64,000 nucleotides of DNA from an uncultured Candidatus Rokubacteria bacterium (GTDB taxonomy: Bacteria; Methylomirabilota; Methylomirabilia; Rokubacteriales; DASRDR01): NCBI GenBank assembly GCA_963826115.1, contig CAWGVS010000010.1:192001-256000 (forward strand), in the 5' to 3' direction. The notes under the pieces are model-generated. The model worked only from the letters and a program-made list of their open reading frames with translations. It was not told the DNA's origin and did not search any database. Of this stretch, positions 18,177 to 27,643 are shown in pieces. The number at the start of each line of letters is the position of its first letter. Positions within the stretch are counted from its first letter, which is position 1. Position numbers and translations under genes: made by a program.

Positions 18177-19715
18177 CTACTTCGGCGTCACGCCCATGTT
18201 CGTGACGCGGATCGTCTGGTCCGGCCGGGGCAGGAAGCCCTGCACCCAGCCCTGCACGCCGTAGAGGTCGTCCAGGCTGTAGAGGTACACGGCGAAGGGC
18301 TCCTTGTTGAGCGCAACCATCGCTTCCTGCACGAACTTCGTGCGCGCGGCGTCGTCGGTCGCCCGGCCGGCCTGGTCCATCGCCGTGTCGAACGCCTTGG
18401 GCATCGCGCTCGTGCGGAAGCGCCGGCCCTCGGCGAAGCTCAGCATGGAGAGGTAGCCGTCCTGCGAGAAGAGGAACCCGACCGTGAAGATCGCGGTCGT
18501 GGTGCGGGGGTTGGCGTCGAACTCCCGCGCCCACTGGGGGAAGTCCACCGCCCGCTCGTTGACCTTGAGCCCGACCGCGCGGAGGTAGCTCGCCATCGCT
18601 TCGCCGGCGGGCTTGTCGAGGGGATAGCGGCCGGTGGTGTACGTGTAGTCGAGCTCGAAGCCGTTCGGGAACCCGGCGTCGGCGATCAGCTTCTTCGCCT
18701 GCGCGGGGTCGAACGGATAGGCCTTGAGGGTCGGGTTGTAGCCGGAGTGCCACTTGGAGAGATGCTGGCCGTCCATCGGGGTGCACCGGCCCGCGTAGAT
18801 CTGCTTGCAGATCGCCGCCCGGTCGATGGCGAGGTTCAGCGCCAGACGCACGCGCGCGTCCTCGAGAGGCTTGGCCTTCGGGTTCGCGGTGTCGAAGAAG
18901 GTCGCGAACTGCCGGAGGCTCGGGACCGAGAGGAGCTTGAGCCCGGTCTTGCCCTCGACCCGGGCCGCCGCGGAGTGCGGGATGTTGGGCGCGATGTCGA
19001 CCTCGCCGGCCTCGAGCGCGGCCACGCGCGCGGTGTCATCCGGGATGACGCGGTAGGTGATCGTCTTGAACTTCGGTGTGCCGCCCCAGTAGGCCGTGTT
19101 GGCGGTCAGCGTGATGTGGCTGTCCTTCCGTTGCTCCTTGAACACCCACGGCCCGGTGCAGACCGGCGACTGGTTGAAGGCGTCCTTGCCGCGGGCCTGG
19201 AAGTCCTTCGGCGCGACCTGGAAGCTCCCGTAGGCCAGCACGGACACGACGTAGCCGGCGGGCTTGGTGAGCGCGAGGACCACCGTCGAGTCGTCGACGA
19301 CCGTGACCTCCTTCAGGAGGTCCTTCAGCCACTGGCTGTAGTTGAACGCCGCGAACAGCTGCTCGAGGCTGAACTTGGCGGCCGCCGCGTTGAAGGGCTC
19401 GCCGTTGCTGAACTTCACGCCCTGGCGGAGCTTGAACTGGAGGCGCGTGTCGTCGAGCCACCGGTAGTCGGTGGCGAGCAGCTTCTTGATGACCGCGTTG
19501 CCCGAGCTGTCGCTGTCCCAGTAGATGAGCGGCTCGCAGATCTGGGCGAAGACGCTGATGTAGGGCGCGGTCGTGTTGAACGGGTCGAGGTTCGGCGGGT
19601 CGACGAACTGGGCGATGGTCAGGGTGTCCCGCGTGGGCTGGGCCCCCACCGCCGCCGGGAGGCCGGCCAGCAGGAGGGCGACAAGGGCGACGACGAGGGA
19701 TCGCTTGGGAGTCAC
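18177..19715 (-). CDS. Peptide/nickel ABC transporter substrate-binding protein (family 5)
   Basis: GTG start with AAGGAG RBS; signal peptide; FKLRQGVKFSNGEPF, TGPW, RVAALEAGEVD, RVRLALNLAIDR. Confidence 0.92.
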   Translation of the reverse strand: MTPKRSLVVALVALLLAGLPAAVGAQPTRDTLTIAQFVDPPNLDPFNTTAPYISVFAQICEPLIYWDSDSSGNAVIKKLLATDYRWLDDTRLQFKLRQGVKFSNGEPFNAAAAKFSLEQLFAAFNYSQWLKDLLKEVTVVDDSTVVLALTKPAGYVVSVLAYGSFQVAPKDFQARGKDAFNQSPVCTGPWVFKEQRKDSHITLTANTAYWGGTPKFKTITYRVIPDDTARVAALEAGEVDIAPNIPHSAAARVEGKTGLKLLSVPSLRQFATFFDTANPKAKPLEDARVRLALNLAIDRAAICKQIYAGRCTPMDGQHLSKWHSGYNPTLKAYPFDPAQAKKLIADAGFPNGFELDYTYTTGRYPLDKPAGEAMASYLRAVGLKVNERAVDFPQWAREFDANPRTTTAIFTVGFLFSQDGYLSMLSFAEGRRFRTSAMPKAFDTAMDQAGRATDDAARTKFVQEAMVALNKEPFAVYLYSLDDLYGVQGWVQGFLPRPDQTIRVTNMGVTPK

Positions 19716-19830
19716 GGCACACTCCTTCCTCGGTCCTCGGGCGCGGGCCCCGGAACCGGGCGACGCGGGTGGCGCGGGGAGAGCTCGCGGAGCGACGCGG
19801 CGCAAGGACGGCTCCTTTCCGGCATGCGGG

Positions 19831-20760
19831 CTACGACTCCGCGCGCCACGACGTCGGGTCGAAGGCGTCGCGGAGCCCGTCGCCCACGAAGTTCAGGGCG
19901 AAGACGAGGACGGCGATCATCGCGCCGGGGACCGCGGCGGTCCACCAGGCGTCGTAGATGAAGTTGCGACCGTCGCCGATCATGCCGCCCCAGGTGACGG
20001 CGGGAGGGGACACGCCGAGCCCGAGGAAGCTCAGCGCCGACTCGGTCAGGACCAGGCGCGACACCTCGTAGGTGGCGACGGCCAGGAGCGGGGAGAGGAC
20101 GTTCGGCAGGACGTGGCGCCGGAGGATGCCCGCCGTCGGCACGCCGAGCGCGCGCGCCGCCTCGACGTACGGCTCCTGGCGCGCGCTGAGGGTCTGGGCC
20201 CGGACGACGCGGGCCATCGTGGACCAGCTGGTGAAGGCGAGCACCGCGACCAGCGTGACCAGCCCGCCCCGCACGATGGCGACGATGGCGACGGCCAGCG
20301 CGATGACGGGGAACGCGAGCTGGACGTCGACTAGCCAGCTCACCACCTCGTCGACCCAGCTCCGGTAGAAGCCCGCGGCCATGCCGAGCACGATGCCGAT
20401 CAGGGCGGCGATCGCCACCGCGGTCCCGCTGATGACGAGGGTGAGGCGCGCCCCGTGGATGGTGCGTGACACGAGGTCCCGCCCCAGGAAGTCGGTGCCG
20501 AGGGGATGGCGGAAATCGCCGGCCCAGAACCCGGGCTGCTTGGCCTCGCCGAGGTTGATGAGGACGGGATCGTCCGGCAGCCACGCGGTCGGCGTGCACG
20601 CCATCGCGGCGATGGCGAGGGCGACCGGGAGCCCCAGGCGGCTGGCGGGGTTCCGCCAGTACGCGCGGGCGCGGAGCCGGAGGAGCGACGGCGCGGCTAC
20701 CGCCACGGCCCGGACCGGAGGGCGGCCCCACGCGGCGACGGACACGCCGATGGACGCCAC
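19831..20760 (-). CDS. Peptide ABC permease (OppC/DppC-like)
   Basis: HPLGTDFLGRD, YVEAARALG, HVLPN, ESALSFLGLG, GDGLRDAFDP. Confidence 0.92.
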   Translation of the reverse strand: MASIGVSVAAWGRPPVRAVAVAAPSLLRLRARAYWRNPASRLGLPVALAIAAMACTPTAWLPDDPVLINLGEAKQPGFWAGDFRHPLGTDFLGRDLVSRTIHGARLTLVISGTAVAIAALIGIVLGMAAGFYRSWVDEVVSWLVDVQLAFPVIALAVAIVAIVRGGLVTLVAVLAFTSWSTMARVVRAQTLSARQEPYVEAARALGVPTAGILRRHVLPNVLSPLLAVATYEVSRLVLTESALSFLGLGVSPPAVTWGGMIGDGRNFIYDAWWTAAVPGAMIAVLVFALNFVGDGLRDAFDPTSWRAES

Positions 20761-20764
20761 GGCA

Positions 20765-21682
20765 TCACGAGGTGGAGATACGGGGATCGAGAATCCCGTA
20801 GAGCGAGTCGACGAGGAAGTTCACCAGGACGACGGCCGTCGCCACGACCAGCACGGCGCTCTGCACGAGCGGGAAGTCGCGGGCGAAGATCGCGCTCACG
20901 ATCAGGCGGCCGACGCCCGGCCAGGAGAAGACGGTCTCGGTCACGATCGAGCCGCCGAGCAGTGTGGCGGCCTGCACGCCGATGATGGTGAGGATCGGCA
21001 GGGCGGCGTTGCGGAGCGCGTGGCGGCCGAGGATCGCCGACTCCCGGAGGCCCTTGCTCCGCGCGGTGCGGACGTAGGCGCGCCCCAGGACGTCGAGCAT
21101 CGTCGCCCGGGTCACGCGGACGGTCAGCGGCAGCAGGACGAAGCTCAGGACGACGGCGGGCAGGACGAGGTGCGACCAGGTCCCGCGCCCCCCGGTCGGG
21201 AGCCACCGGAGGTACACGCCGAAGAAGAGGATCAGCAGGATCGCGAGCAGGAAGTTCGGGACTCCCTGCGCCACCACCACGAGCCCCCGGGCGACGTAGT
21301 CCACCGGCCGGTCGCGGCGGAGCGCGGCGGCGACGCCCAGCGGCACGCCCAGGAAGACGGACAGGGCGAGGCTCCCCCCGGCCAGCTCGAGCGTGGCGGG
21401 GAGCCGCTCGAGGATGATGGGCAGGATCGGCTGCTCGAAGCGGAGCGACCGGCCGAAGTCGCCGACCAGGATCCCGCCGACGAAGGCGAGGTACTGGGCG
21501 GGCAGCGGCCGGTCGAGGCCATGGAGGCGCTGGAACTCCCGCACGGCCTCGGCGCTCGCGAGCTCCCCGAGGATCAGGCGCGCCGGATCCCCGGAGAGTC
21601 GCAGGAGCGCGAAGGTGCCGAGCGTGATCCCGACCCAGACGAGGACCAGGCGGATCACGCGCGCGACGAGGTAACCCGTCAC
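20765..21682 (-). CDS. Peptide ABC permease (OppB/DppB-like)
   Basis: GLDRPLPAQY, YVRTARSKGL, HALRNA, ETVFSWPGVG, LDPRI. Confidence 0.92.
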   Translation of the reverse strand: MTGYLVARVIRLVLVWVGITLGTFALLRLSGDPARLILGELASAEAVREFQRLHGLDRPLPAQYLAFVGGILVGDFGRSLRFEQPILPIILERLPATLELAGGSLALSVFLGVPLGVAAALRRDRPVDYVARGLVVVAQGVPNFLLAILLILFFGVYLRWLPTGGRGTWSHLVLPAVVLSFVLLPLTVRVTRATMLDVLGRAYVRTARSKGLRESAILGRHALRNAALPILTIIGVQAATLLGGSIVTETVFSWPGVGRLIVSAIFARDFPLVQSAVLVVATAVVLVNFLVDSLYGILDPRISTS

Positions 21683-21730
21683 CCTCGGATCCCTGCCCTC
21701 ACCGGCCCAGGGCCGCGGCGGCCCGTGACG

Positions 21731-22810
21731 TCACCGCCAGACCTCGCTGAAGACCCGGAGGAAGTTGCCGCCCATGATCTTGCGGGCGTCCTCGTCCGAG
21801 TACCCGCGGGCGAGGAGGCCGAGCGTGATGTTCCCCATCTTCGACAGGGAGTCGATCTCGGGCGGGAAGATCCACGGCAGCGGCGGGTAGACGACGGGCC
21901 GGTAGGGCTTGTTGGGCCAGTTCCCGAGCTCGCCCGTCTCCGTCATCATCTCGGCCGGGTTGATCTCCTCCGTCAGGTCGGTCCCGAAGCCGACGTGGTC
22001 GACGCCCACCAGGTCCACCACGTGGTCGATGTGCCGGAGGAAGTCCTCGAACGTGCACCGGGTGCGGCCGTCGCGGTCGAGCAGGAAGGGCAGGAAGCAG
22101 ATGCCGATCACGCCGCCGGTCTTCGCCACCAGACGGATCAGCTCGTCGGTGGCGCTCCGCGGGTTCGGCCGGAGGCCGCCGCACGCGGAGTGCGAGATGA
22201 TCACGGGCCGGGTGGACAGGGCCGCGGCCTCCTTCGCGGTGGCGTCGCTGACGTGCGCGAGGTCCACCATGAAGCCGATCCGGTTCATCTCCTTCACGAC
22301 GTCGACGCCGAAGTGGCTGAGCCCCGCGGGGTTCCGCTCCTGGCAGCCGTCGCCGACGAAGCAGCGCTCGTTGTAGGTGATCTGCATGCAGCGGGCGCCG
22401 ACCTGGTAGAGGGCCTCGACGAAGTCGAGGTCGTCCTCGACCACCAGGGACGTCTGGAAGCCCGCGATGATGCCGACCTTGCCCTCGCGCTTGGCGCGCC
22501 GGATGTCGTCGGCGGTGCGCACGAAGAGCGTGCGCTCGGGGCAGTGCTGGGCCCGGAGCTGGAACTTGCGGATGGCCTTCACGCCATCGGCGAACTTCTG
22601 GTAGTGCGCGCCGCCTCGGTTGAGCGCGGTGATGCCGCCGTCGAAGAGGCGCTGGAGGTACGGCTCGTTCCAGCGGAGCTTGTTCTGCGGGTCCTCGATG
22701 TGATCGGTGCACATGCCGTCGATCACGATCGCGCTGTGGTGCACCGCCGCGGCGTGCTCGCGCAGCTCGGGCGTGACGGGAACGGGCTTCCGGTGGGCTC
22801 TGGTCGTCAT
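21731..22810 (-). CDS. Membrane dipeptidase family (M19) amidohydrolase
   Basis: VVKEMNRIGFMVDLAH, IISHS, HIDHVVDLVGVDHVGFGTD, IMGGNFLRV. Confidence 0.88.
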   Translation of the reverse strand: MTTRAHRKPVPVTPELREHAAAVHHSAIVIDGMCTDHIEDPQNKLRWNEPYLQRLFDGGITALNRGGAHYQKFADGVKAIRKFQLRAQHCPERTLFVRTADDIRRAKREGKVGIIAGFQTSLVVEDDLDFVEALYQVGARCMQITYNERCFVGDGCQERNPAGLSHFGVDVVKEMNRIGFMVDLAHVSDATAKEAAALSTRPVIISHSACGGLRPNPRSATDELIRLVAKTGGVIGICFLPFLLDRDGRTRCTFEDFLRHIDHVVDLVGVDHVGFGTDLTEEINPAEMMTETGELGNWPNKPYRPVVYPPLPWIFPPEIDSLSKMGNITLGLLARGYSDEDARKIMGGNFLRVFSEVWR

Positions 22811-22832
22811 CGACTCTCCCTTCGAGGGCGGC

Positions 22833-23834
22833 TCACGGCTGGTTGCCGCACGAGGCCCGCACCACCAGTCGGGTCTCGAGCGTTCGGCGAACGGGGGGGC
22901 GCCCGGGATCGGCGAGGCGCTGCAGCAGGAGCTCGACCGCCGCGCGGCCCACGTCGCCCGCGGACTGGCTGACGGTGGTCAGCGGCGGCGTCGTGTAGGA
23001 CGCGAGCTCGATGTCGTCGAAGCCGACGACGGCGAGGTCGTCCGGGACCCGCCGACCGAGCTCGCCCGCGGCCCGCAGGACGCCGATCGCCATCAGGTCG
23101 TTGGCGGCGAAGATGGCCGTCGGCGGCGTCGGGAGGGCGAGGAGGCTCCGCGCGGCGGCCCAGCCGGACTGCGGGTGATAGTCCCCGCGGAGGACGAGGC
23201 CCTCGTCGATCGGCAGGCCGGCCTCGGCCAGCGCGTCGCGGTATCCCTGGAGCCGCTGCCCGCTCATGAGCAGGCTCGACGGCCCGCCGATGCAGCCGAT
23301 CCGGCGGTGGCCGAGCGCGAGGAGGTGCCGCGTCGCCAGGTACGCGCCGCCCCGCTTGTCGCTCAGGATCACGTCGATCGGCGCGCCCGGCAGGTCGCGA
23401 TCGACCATCACGACCGGGAGCGGCCGCTGCAGGAGGTCGCGGAGGACGTCCACGCGGTTGCCGGCGGGCACGTAGAGGAGCCCGTCGACCTGGCGCCGGG
23501 TCAGGAGGTCGACGTAGACGCGCTCCCGGAGCTCCTCGCCCTCCGTATTACACAGGACCACGCTGTAGTCGCGCCCGAAGGCCGCCGCCTCGATCCCCCG
23601 GCCAAGCTCGGCGAAGTAGGGGTTCGCGCTGTCCGGCAGGATCAGGCCGAGCGTGTGGGTGCGCCCCCGGCGGAGCGAGCGCGCGACGGCGTTCGGGTGG
23701 TAGCCGAGCTCCGCCATCGCCTCCATGACCCGGGCGCGGATCTCGTGCGACACGAACCGCGTGGCGTTGACGACGTGGGACACGGTGGTGGGCGACACCC
23801 GGGCGCGGCCTGCAACCTCTCGAATGGTGGCCAT
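22833..23834 (-). CDS. LacI-family transcriptional regulator (PurR/RbsR-like)
   Basis: [50 protein letters not shown]. Confidence 0.95.
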   Translation of the reverse strand: MATIREVAGRARVSPTTVSHVVNATRFVSHEIRARVMEAMAELGYHPNAVARSLRRGRTHTLGLILPDSANPYFAELGRGIEAAAFGRDYSVVLCNTEGEELRERVYVDLLTRRQVDGLLYVPAGNRVDVLRDLLQRPLPVVMVDRDLPGAPIDVILSDKRGGAYLATRHLLALGHRRIGCIGGPSSLLMSGQRLQGYRDALAEAGLPIDEGLVLRGDYHPQSGWAAARSLLALPTPPTAIFAANDLMAIGVLRAAGELGRRVPDDLAVVGFDDIELASYTTPPLTTVSQSAGDVGRAAVELLLQRLADPGRPPVRRTLETRLVVRASCGNQP

Positions 23835-23863
23835 GCGCTGCCTCCCGGCGGGACTAATCTGGC

Positions 23864-23889
23864 CGCAATCGATTGCGCAATCGGTTGGG
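23864..23889. promoter_or_regulatory. Tandem LacI-type operators
   Basis: Perfect palindrome CGCAATCGATTGCG (23864-23877) overlapping a second imperfect copy CGCAATCGGTTGGG (23876-23889). Confidence 0.75.
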
Positions 23890-23893
23890 TAAG

Positions 23894-23922
23894 AGGCTAT
23901 CCCGAGCGGCGAGGCTCGTCAA
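23894..23922 (-). promoter_or_regulatory. Sigma70-type promoter of LacI/peptide ABC operon
   Basis: Minus strand TTGACG-N17-TAGCCT immediately upstream of the operators. Confidence 0.6.
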
Positions 23923-23975
23923 GGCGCGGCGTCGCCCTCGGTTGCCGACTGGCGCGGGATGGTAGGATCGAAACG

Positions 23976-24638
23976 ATGAAGCCTCCCGAGCCGCGAGGCC
24001 GCCGGCGGACGACGGCGTGCGCGGCCCTCCTGGTCGCGCTGGCCGGGCTCCCCGGTGGTCTGCGGGCGCCCGTCGCGTCGCTCGCCCAGGACCGCGCCCC
24101 CGTCCGGTACGGGATCGTGGCCGAGGGCAGCGAGGTCCGCTACCGGGTCCGGGAGCAGCTCGTCGGGCTGAGCTTCCCCAACGACGCCGTCGGCGCCACC
24201 GGCGCCGTGGAGGGCGCCGTGACGTTCGACGCCCAGGGGCGCGTGCTGCCGGGCGAGTCGCGGGTCACGGTCGACCTGCGGACCCTCCGGAGCGACGAGG
24301 CGCGCCGGGACAACTACGTCCGGCGCAACACGCTCGAGACGGAGCGCTTCCCGACCGTGACCTTCGTCGCGACCGAGGCGCGCCGCCTGCCGTTCCCGCT
24401 TCCCCCGACCGGGTCCGTGCCGTTCGAGCTCGTGGGGGACCTGACGGTGAAGGACGTCACGCGGCGGGTCACGTGGGACGCGACGGCCAGCTTCGACGGG
24501 CCGCGCGTCACCATCCGCGCGCGCACCGCGTTCCGCTTCGGCGACTTCGGCCTACGCATCCCCCGCGTCTCGGTGGTGCTGAGCGTGGAGGACGACATCA
24601 AGTTGGAGGCCGACCTGTCCCTCCGGCGGAGCTCGTGA
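23976..24638 (+). CDS. yceI: YceI-family lipid/polyisoprenoid-binding protein
   Basis: Signal peptide; SEVRYRVRE, RRDNYVRRNTLETERFP, GDLTVKDVTR, DFGL. Confidence 0.88.
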   Translation: MKPPEPRGRRRTTACAALLVALAGLPGGLRAPVASLAQDRAPVRYGIVAEGSEVRYRVREQLVGLSFPNDAVGATGAVEGAVTFDAQGRVLPGESRVTVDLRTLRSDEARRDNYVRRNTLETERFPTVTFVATEARRLPFPLPPTGSVPFELVGDLTVKDVTRRVTWDATASFDGPRVTIRARTAFRFGDFGLRIPRVSVVLSVEDDIKLEADLSLRRSS

Positions 24639-24662
24639 CGCCGCCCGCCCGCCGCGCCCCGC

Positions 24663-24752
24663 TCAGCGGGACCTGAGCCACGCCCGGACCGCCTCGACGA
24701 ACACGCGCCGGGTGGCGCCCGGAAAGAGGCGGCGGACGTCGGCGAAGTCCAT
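24663..24752 (-). pseudogene. Possible internally deleted class V aminotransferase remnant (29 aa)
   Basis: MDFADVRRLFPGATRRVF resembles class V aminotransferase N-termini, fused to a C-terminus-like VEAVRAWLRSR*. Extended -10-like TGATAGCAT upstream. Confidence 0.3.
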
Positions 24753-24882
24753 CGCTCGCCGCGACGATGCTATCAGAGGCGCGAGCGCGCGCCGGCCGCT
24801 TGACGCCACTGCGGGGCGAGGGCGACACTCGGCGATAGACGACCGCCGGCGGCGGGACTCGGCAGCGGCGCGAGGAGAGACG

Positions 24883-25365
24883 ATGGCGACAGTGACGCTC
24901 CAGGTCAACGGCGCGGCGCGGAGCGTCGAGGTCGACGATCCCGCAATGCCCTTGCTCTACGTCCTCCGGAACGACCTCGGCCTGACGGGGACGAAGTTCG
25001 GCTGCGGGCTCGCCCAGTGCGGCGCCTGCACCGTGCACCTCGACGGCCAGGCGATCCGCTCCTGCGCGATGCCCGTCGGCGCCGCCGTCGGCCGCCAGAT
25101 CACGACGATCGAGGGCGTGGGCTCGCCCGAGAAGCCGGATCCGGTCCAGGCGGCCTTCATCGCCGAGCAGGCCCCGCAGTGCGGGTACTGCACCGCGGGC
25201 CTGGTGATGACGGCGCGCGCGTTCCTCCAGCAGTGGCAGCAGAACCGCCGCCCCACCGAGGCCGAGGTGAAGCAGGCCCTCGCGGGCAACCTCTGCCGCT
25301 GCGGCAGCCACGTGCGGGTGATCCGCGCGGTGATGCGCGCGGCCGCGACGATGGGAGGGGCGTGA
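24883..25365 (+). CDS. 2Fe-2S small subunit of a molybdenum hydroxylase (IorA/CoxS-like)
   Basis: KFGCGLAQCGACTV, QCGYC, NLCRCG; GAGGAG RBS. Confidence 0.93.
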   Translation: MATVTLQVNGAARSVEVDDPAMPLLYVLRNDLGLTGTKFGCGLAQCGACTVHLDGQAIRSCAMPVGAAVGRQITTIEGVGSPEKPDPVQAAFIAEQAPQCGYCTAGLVMTARAFLQQWQQNRRPTEAEVKQALAGNLCRCGSHVRVIRAVMRAAATMGGA

Positions 25366-25366
25366 G

Positions 25367-27631
25367 ATGACTCCGATCACCCGTCGCGCGTTCATCGGCG
25401 CCGGTGGCGCCCTCGTCGTCGGCCTCGGCCTCGGCGGCCGGATGCCTCGCCGCGCGGCGGCGCAGGCGGCCGCGCCCGCCGCGGGCTCCGGCTGGCCGGC
25501 CGATCGCTACCTGGGCAAGACGGTGGCCCCCGACCAGGTTGACGCCTACCTCGCCATCCACGCCGACGAGACCGTCACGGTGTTCACCGGCAAGGTCGAC
25601 CTCGGGACGGGCGGCCGCGCGGCGATGCGGCAGATGGTGGCCGAGGAGCTCGAGGTCAACATCGAGCGGATCACGGAGCTGATCGAGGGCGACACCGCAG
25701 TCTGCCCCGACCAGGGCGGGACCGGCGGCAGCACCGGCATCTCCCGGGGCGGCCAGGAGCTCCGGCGCGCGGCGGCCACGGCGCGCGGGGCGCTCCTCGC
25801 CCTCGCGGCGCAGCGGCTCGGCCAGCCGGTCGCGGACCTCACCGTGGCCGACGGCGTCGTGAGCCCGAAGCGCGGCGGGGCGGGCGTATCGTACGGCGCG
25901 CTCATCGGCGACCGGCAGCTCGGGCTCGCGATCGACGCCAAGGCGCCGCTCAAGCCGTCGAGCGCCTTCCGTTACATTGGCCAGTCCGTGCCCCGGCCGG
26001 ACGTGCCGGCGAAGGTCACCGGCCGCCACCTCTACGTCCAGAACCTCACGCTCCCCGGCATGCTCCACGGCCGCACCATCCGCCCGCCGGCACTCGGCGC
26101 GACCCTCCAGTCGGTCGACGAGTCGTCGATCGCGGCGATCCCCGGCGCGCGGGTCGTAAGGATCGGGAGCTTCCTCGGCGTCGTCGCCGACCGGGAGTGG
26201 GACGCGGTGCGCGCCGCGCGCGCGCTCCGGGCCCAGTGGTCGCCGGGCACGGGGCTGCCCGACCACCTCACGCTCGCCGACGCGGTCCGCGCGACGAAGA
26301 TCGTCCGGGACCAGGACGTGGCGAAGAAGGGCGACCTGTCGGCGCTCGGGGCGCCCGGCCCCGGCGTCCAGACCCTCGGGGCCACTTACTGGTGGCCGGT
26401 CCAGACCCACGGATCGCTCGGCCCGTCCTGCGGCGTGGCGGACGTCCGCGCCGACGGCGCGACGATCTGGACGCCGTCGCAGGCCACGCACCGCTACCGC
26501 GAGGGCTTCGCCCGGATCCTCGGGCTTCCGCGGGAGAAGGTCCGGCTCATCTACATGGACGGCGCCGGCTCCTACGGCCAGAACGGCGCCGAGGACGCGG
26601 CGTGCGACGCCGCGCTCCTCTCGCGCGCGGCCGGCCGTCCGGTGCGCGTCCAGTGGATGCGCGAGGACGAGCACGGGTGGGACCCGAAGGGGCCGCCGCA
26701 GCTGCTCGACCTCCGGGCGGCGGTCGGCGAGGGCGGCGAGGTGATCGCCTGGGAGACGCAGGCGTGGCTGCCCCTCTCGACGCAGGGGCTGCCGAACCTG
26801 CCGCTGCTCGCGCCCATCGACGCGGGCCTCACCCAGCCGCTCGGTCGCGCCACGGGCCAGGTGCAGCAGAACATCGATCCGCCGTACCGCGTGGGCGCGG
26901 TGCACGCCGTCGTCCACTGGCTCGAGGACTCCCCGTTCCGCACGTCGCCGATCCGCGCGCCGGGGAAGGTCGCCAACATCTTCGCCGTCGAGTCGTTCGT
27001 GGACGAGGTGTGCGCGCTCGGGAAGGTGGATCCGGTCGAGTACCGGCTCCGCCGCCTCGCGGATCCTCGAGGGCAGGAGGTGCTCCGCCGCGCGGCGACG
27101 CGGATGGGCTGGCAGCCGCGGCCCTCGCCGCGTCCGCCCGACCCCGGGGCGGCGGTGCTCACCGGGCGCGGGATCTCGTACGTGCACTACAAGCACAACG
27201 AGACCTACGTCGCGATCGGAATGGAGGTCACCGTGGGGCGCGCCACCGGCGTGATCCGCGCGACCCGGATCGTCTGTGCCCAGGACTGCGGACTGATGAT
27301 CAACCCGGACAACGTGGCGAGCCAGCTCGAGGGCAACATCCTCCAGACGCTCTCCCGCACGCTTCACGAGGAGATCGTCTTCGACCGGCAGCGGGTGACC
27401 AGCCTGGATTGGGCGAGCTACCCGATCCTGCGCTTCGACGAGGTGCCGACGATCGAGCTCGAGATGATCCAGCGGCTCGACGAGCCCCCGCTCGGCGTCG
27501 GGGAGGCCGCGTCGGCCGCGGTGCCGGCGGCGCTCGGCAACGCCGTCTTCGACGCCACGGGCGTGCGCCTCCGGGTGGTGCCCTTCCGGCCCGACCGCGT
27601 CAAGGCCGCCCTGACGGCCGCGCGCATCTAG
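25367..27631 (+). CDS. Molybdopterin-binding large subunit, xanthine oxidase family (IorB/nicotinate dehydrogenase B-like), Tat-exported
   Basis: TRRAFIG Tat motif; GKVDLGTG, IRAPG, QDCGLMINPD, LGVGE, NAVFDATGVRLR. Confidence 0.92.
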   Translation: MTPITRRAFIGAGGALVVGLGLGGRMPRRAAAQAAAPAAGSGWPADRYLGKTVAPDQVDAYLAIHADETVTVFTGKVDLGTGGRAAMRQMVAEELEVNIERITELIEGDTAVCPDQGGTGGSTGISRGGQELRRAAATARGALLALAAQRLGQPVADLTVADGVVSPKRGGAGVSYGALIGDRQLGLAIDAKAPLKPSSAFRYIGQSVPRPDVPAKVTGRHLYVQNLTLPGMLHGRTIRPPALGATLQSVDESSIAAIPGARVVRIGSFLGVVADREWDAVRAARALRAQWSPGTGLPDHLTLADAVRATKIVRDQDVAKKGDLSALGAPGPGVQTLGATYWWPVQTHGSLGPSCGVADVRADGATIWTPSQATHRYREGFARILGLPREKVRLIYMDGAGSYGQNGAEDAACDAALLSRAAGRPVRVQWMREDEHGWDPKGPPQLLDLRAAVGEGGEVIAWETQAWLPLSTQGLPNLPLLAPIDAGLTQPLGRATGQVQQNIDPPYRVGAVHAVVHWLEDSPFRTSPIRAPGKVANIFAVESFVDEVCALGKVDPVEYRLRRLADPRGQEVLRRAATRMGWQPRPSPRPPDPGAAVLTGRGISYVHYKHNETYVAIGMEVTVGRATGVIRATRIVCAQDCGLMINPDNVASQLEGNILQTLSRTLHEEIVFDRQRVTSLDWASYPILRFDEVPTIELEMIQRLDEPPLGVGEAASAAVPAALGNAVFDATGVRLRVVPFRPDRVKAALTAARI

Positions 27632-27643
27632 CGGCCGGGCCCG

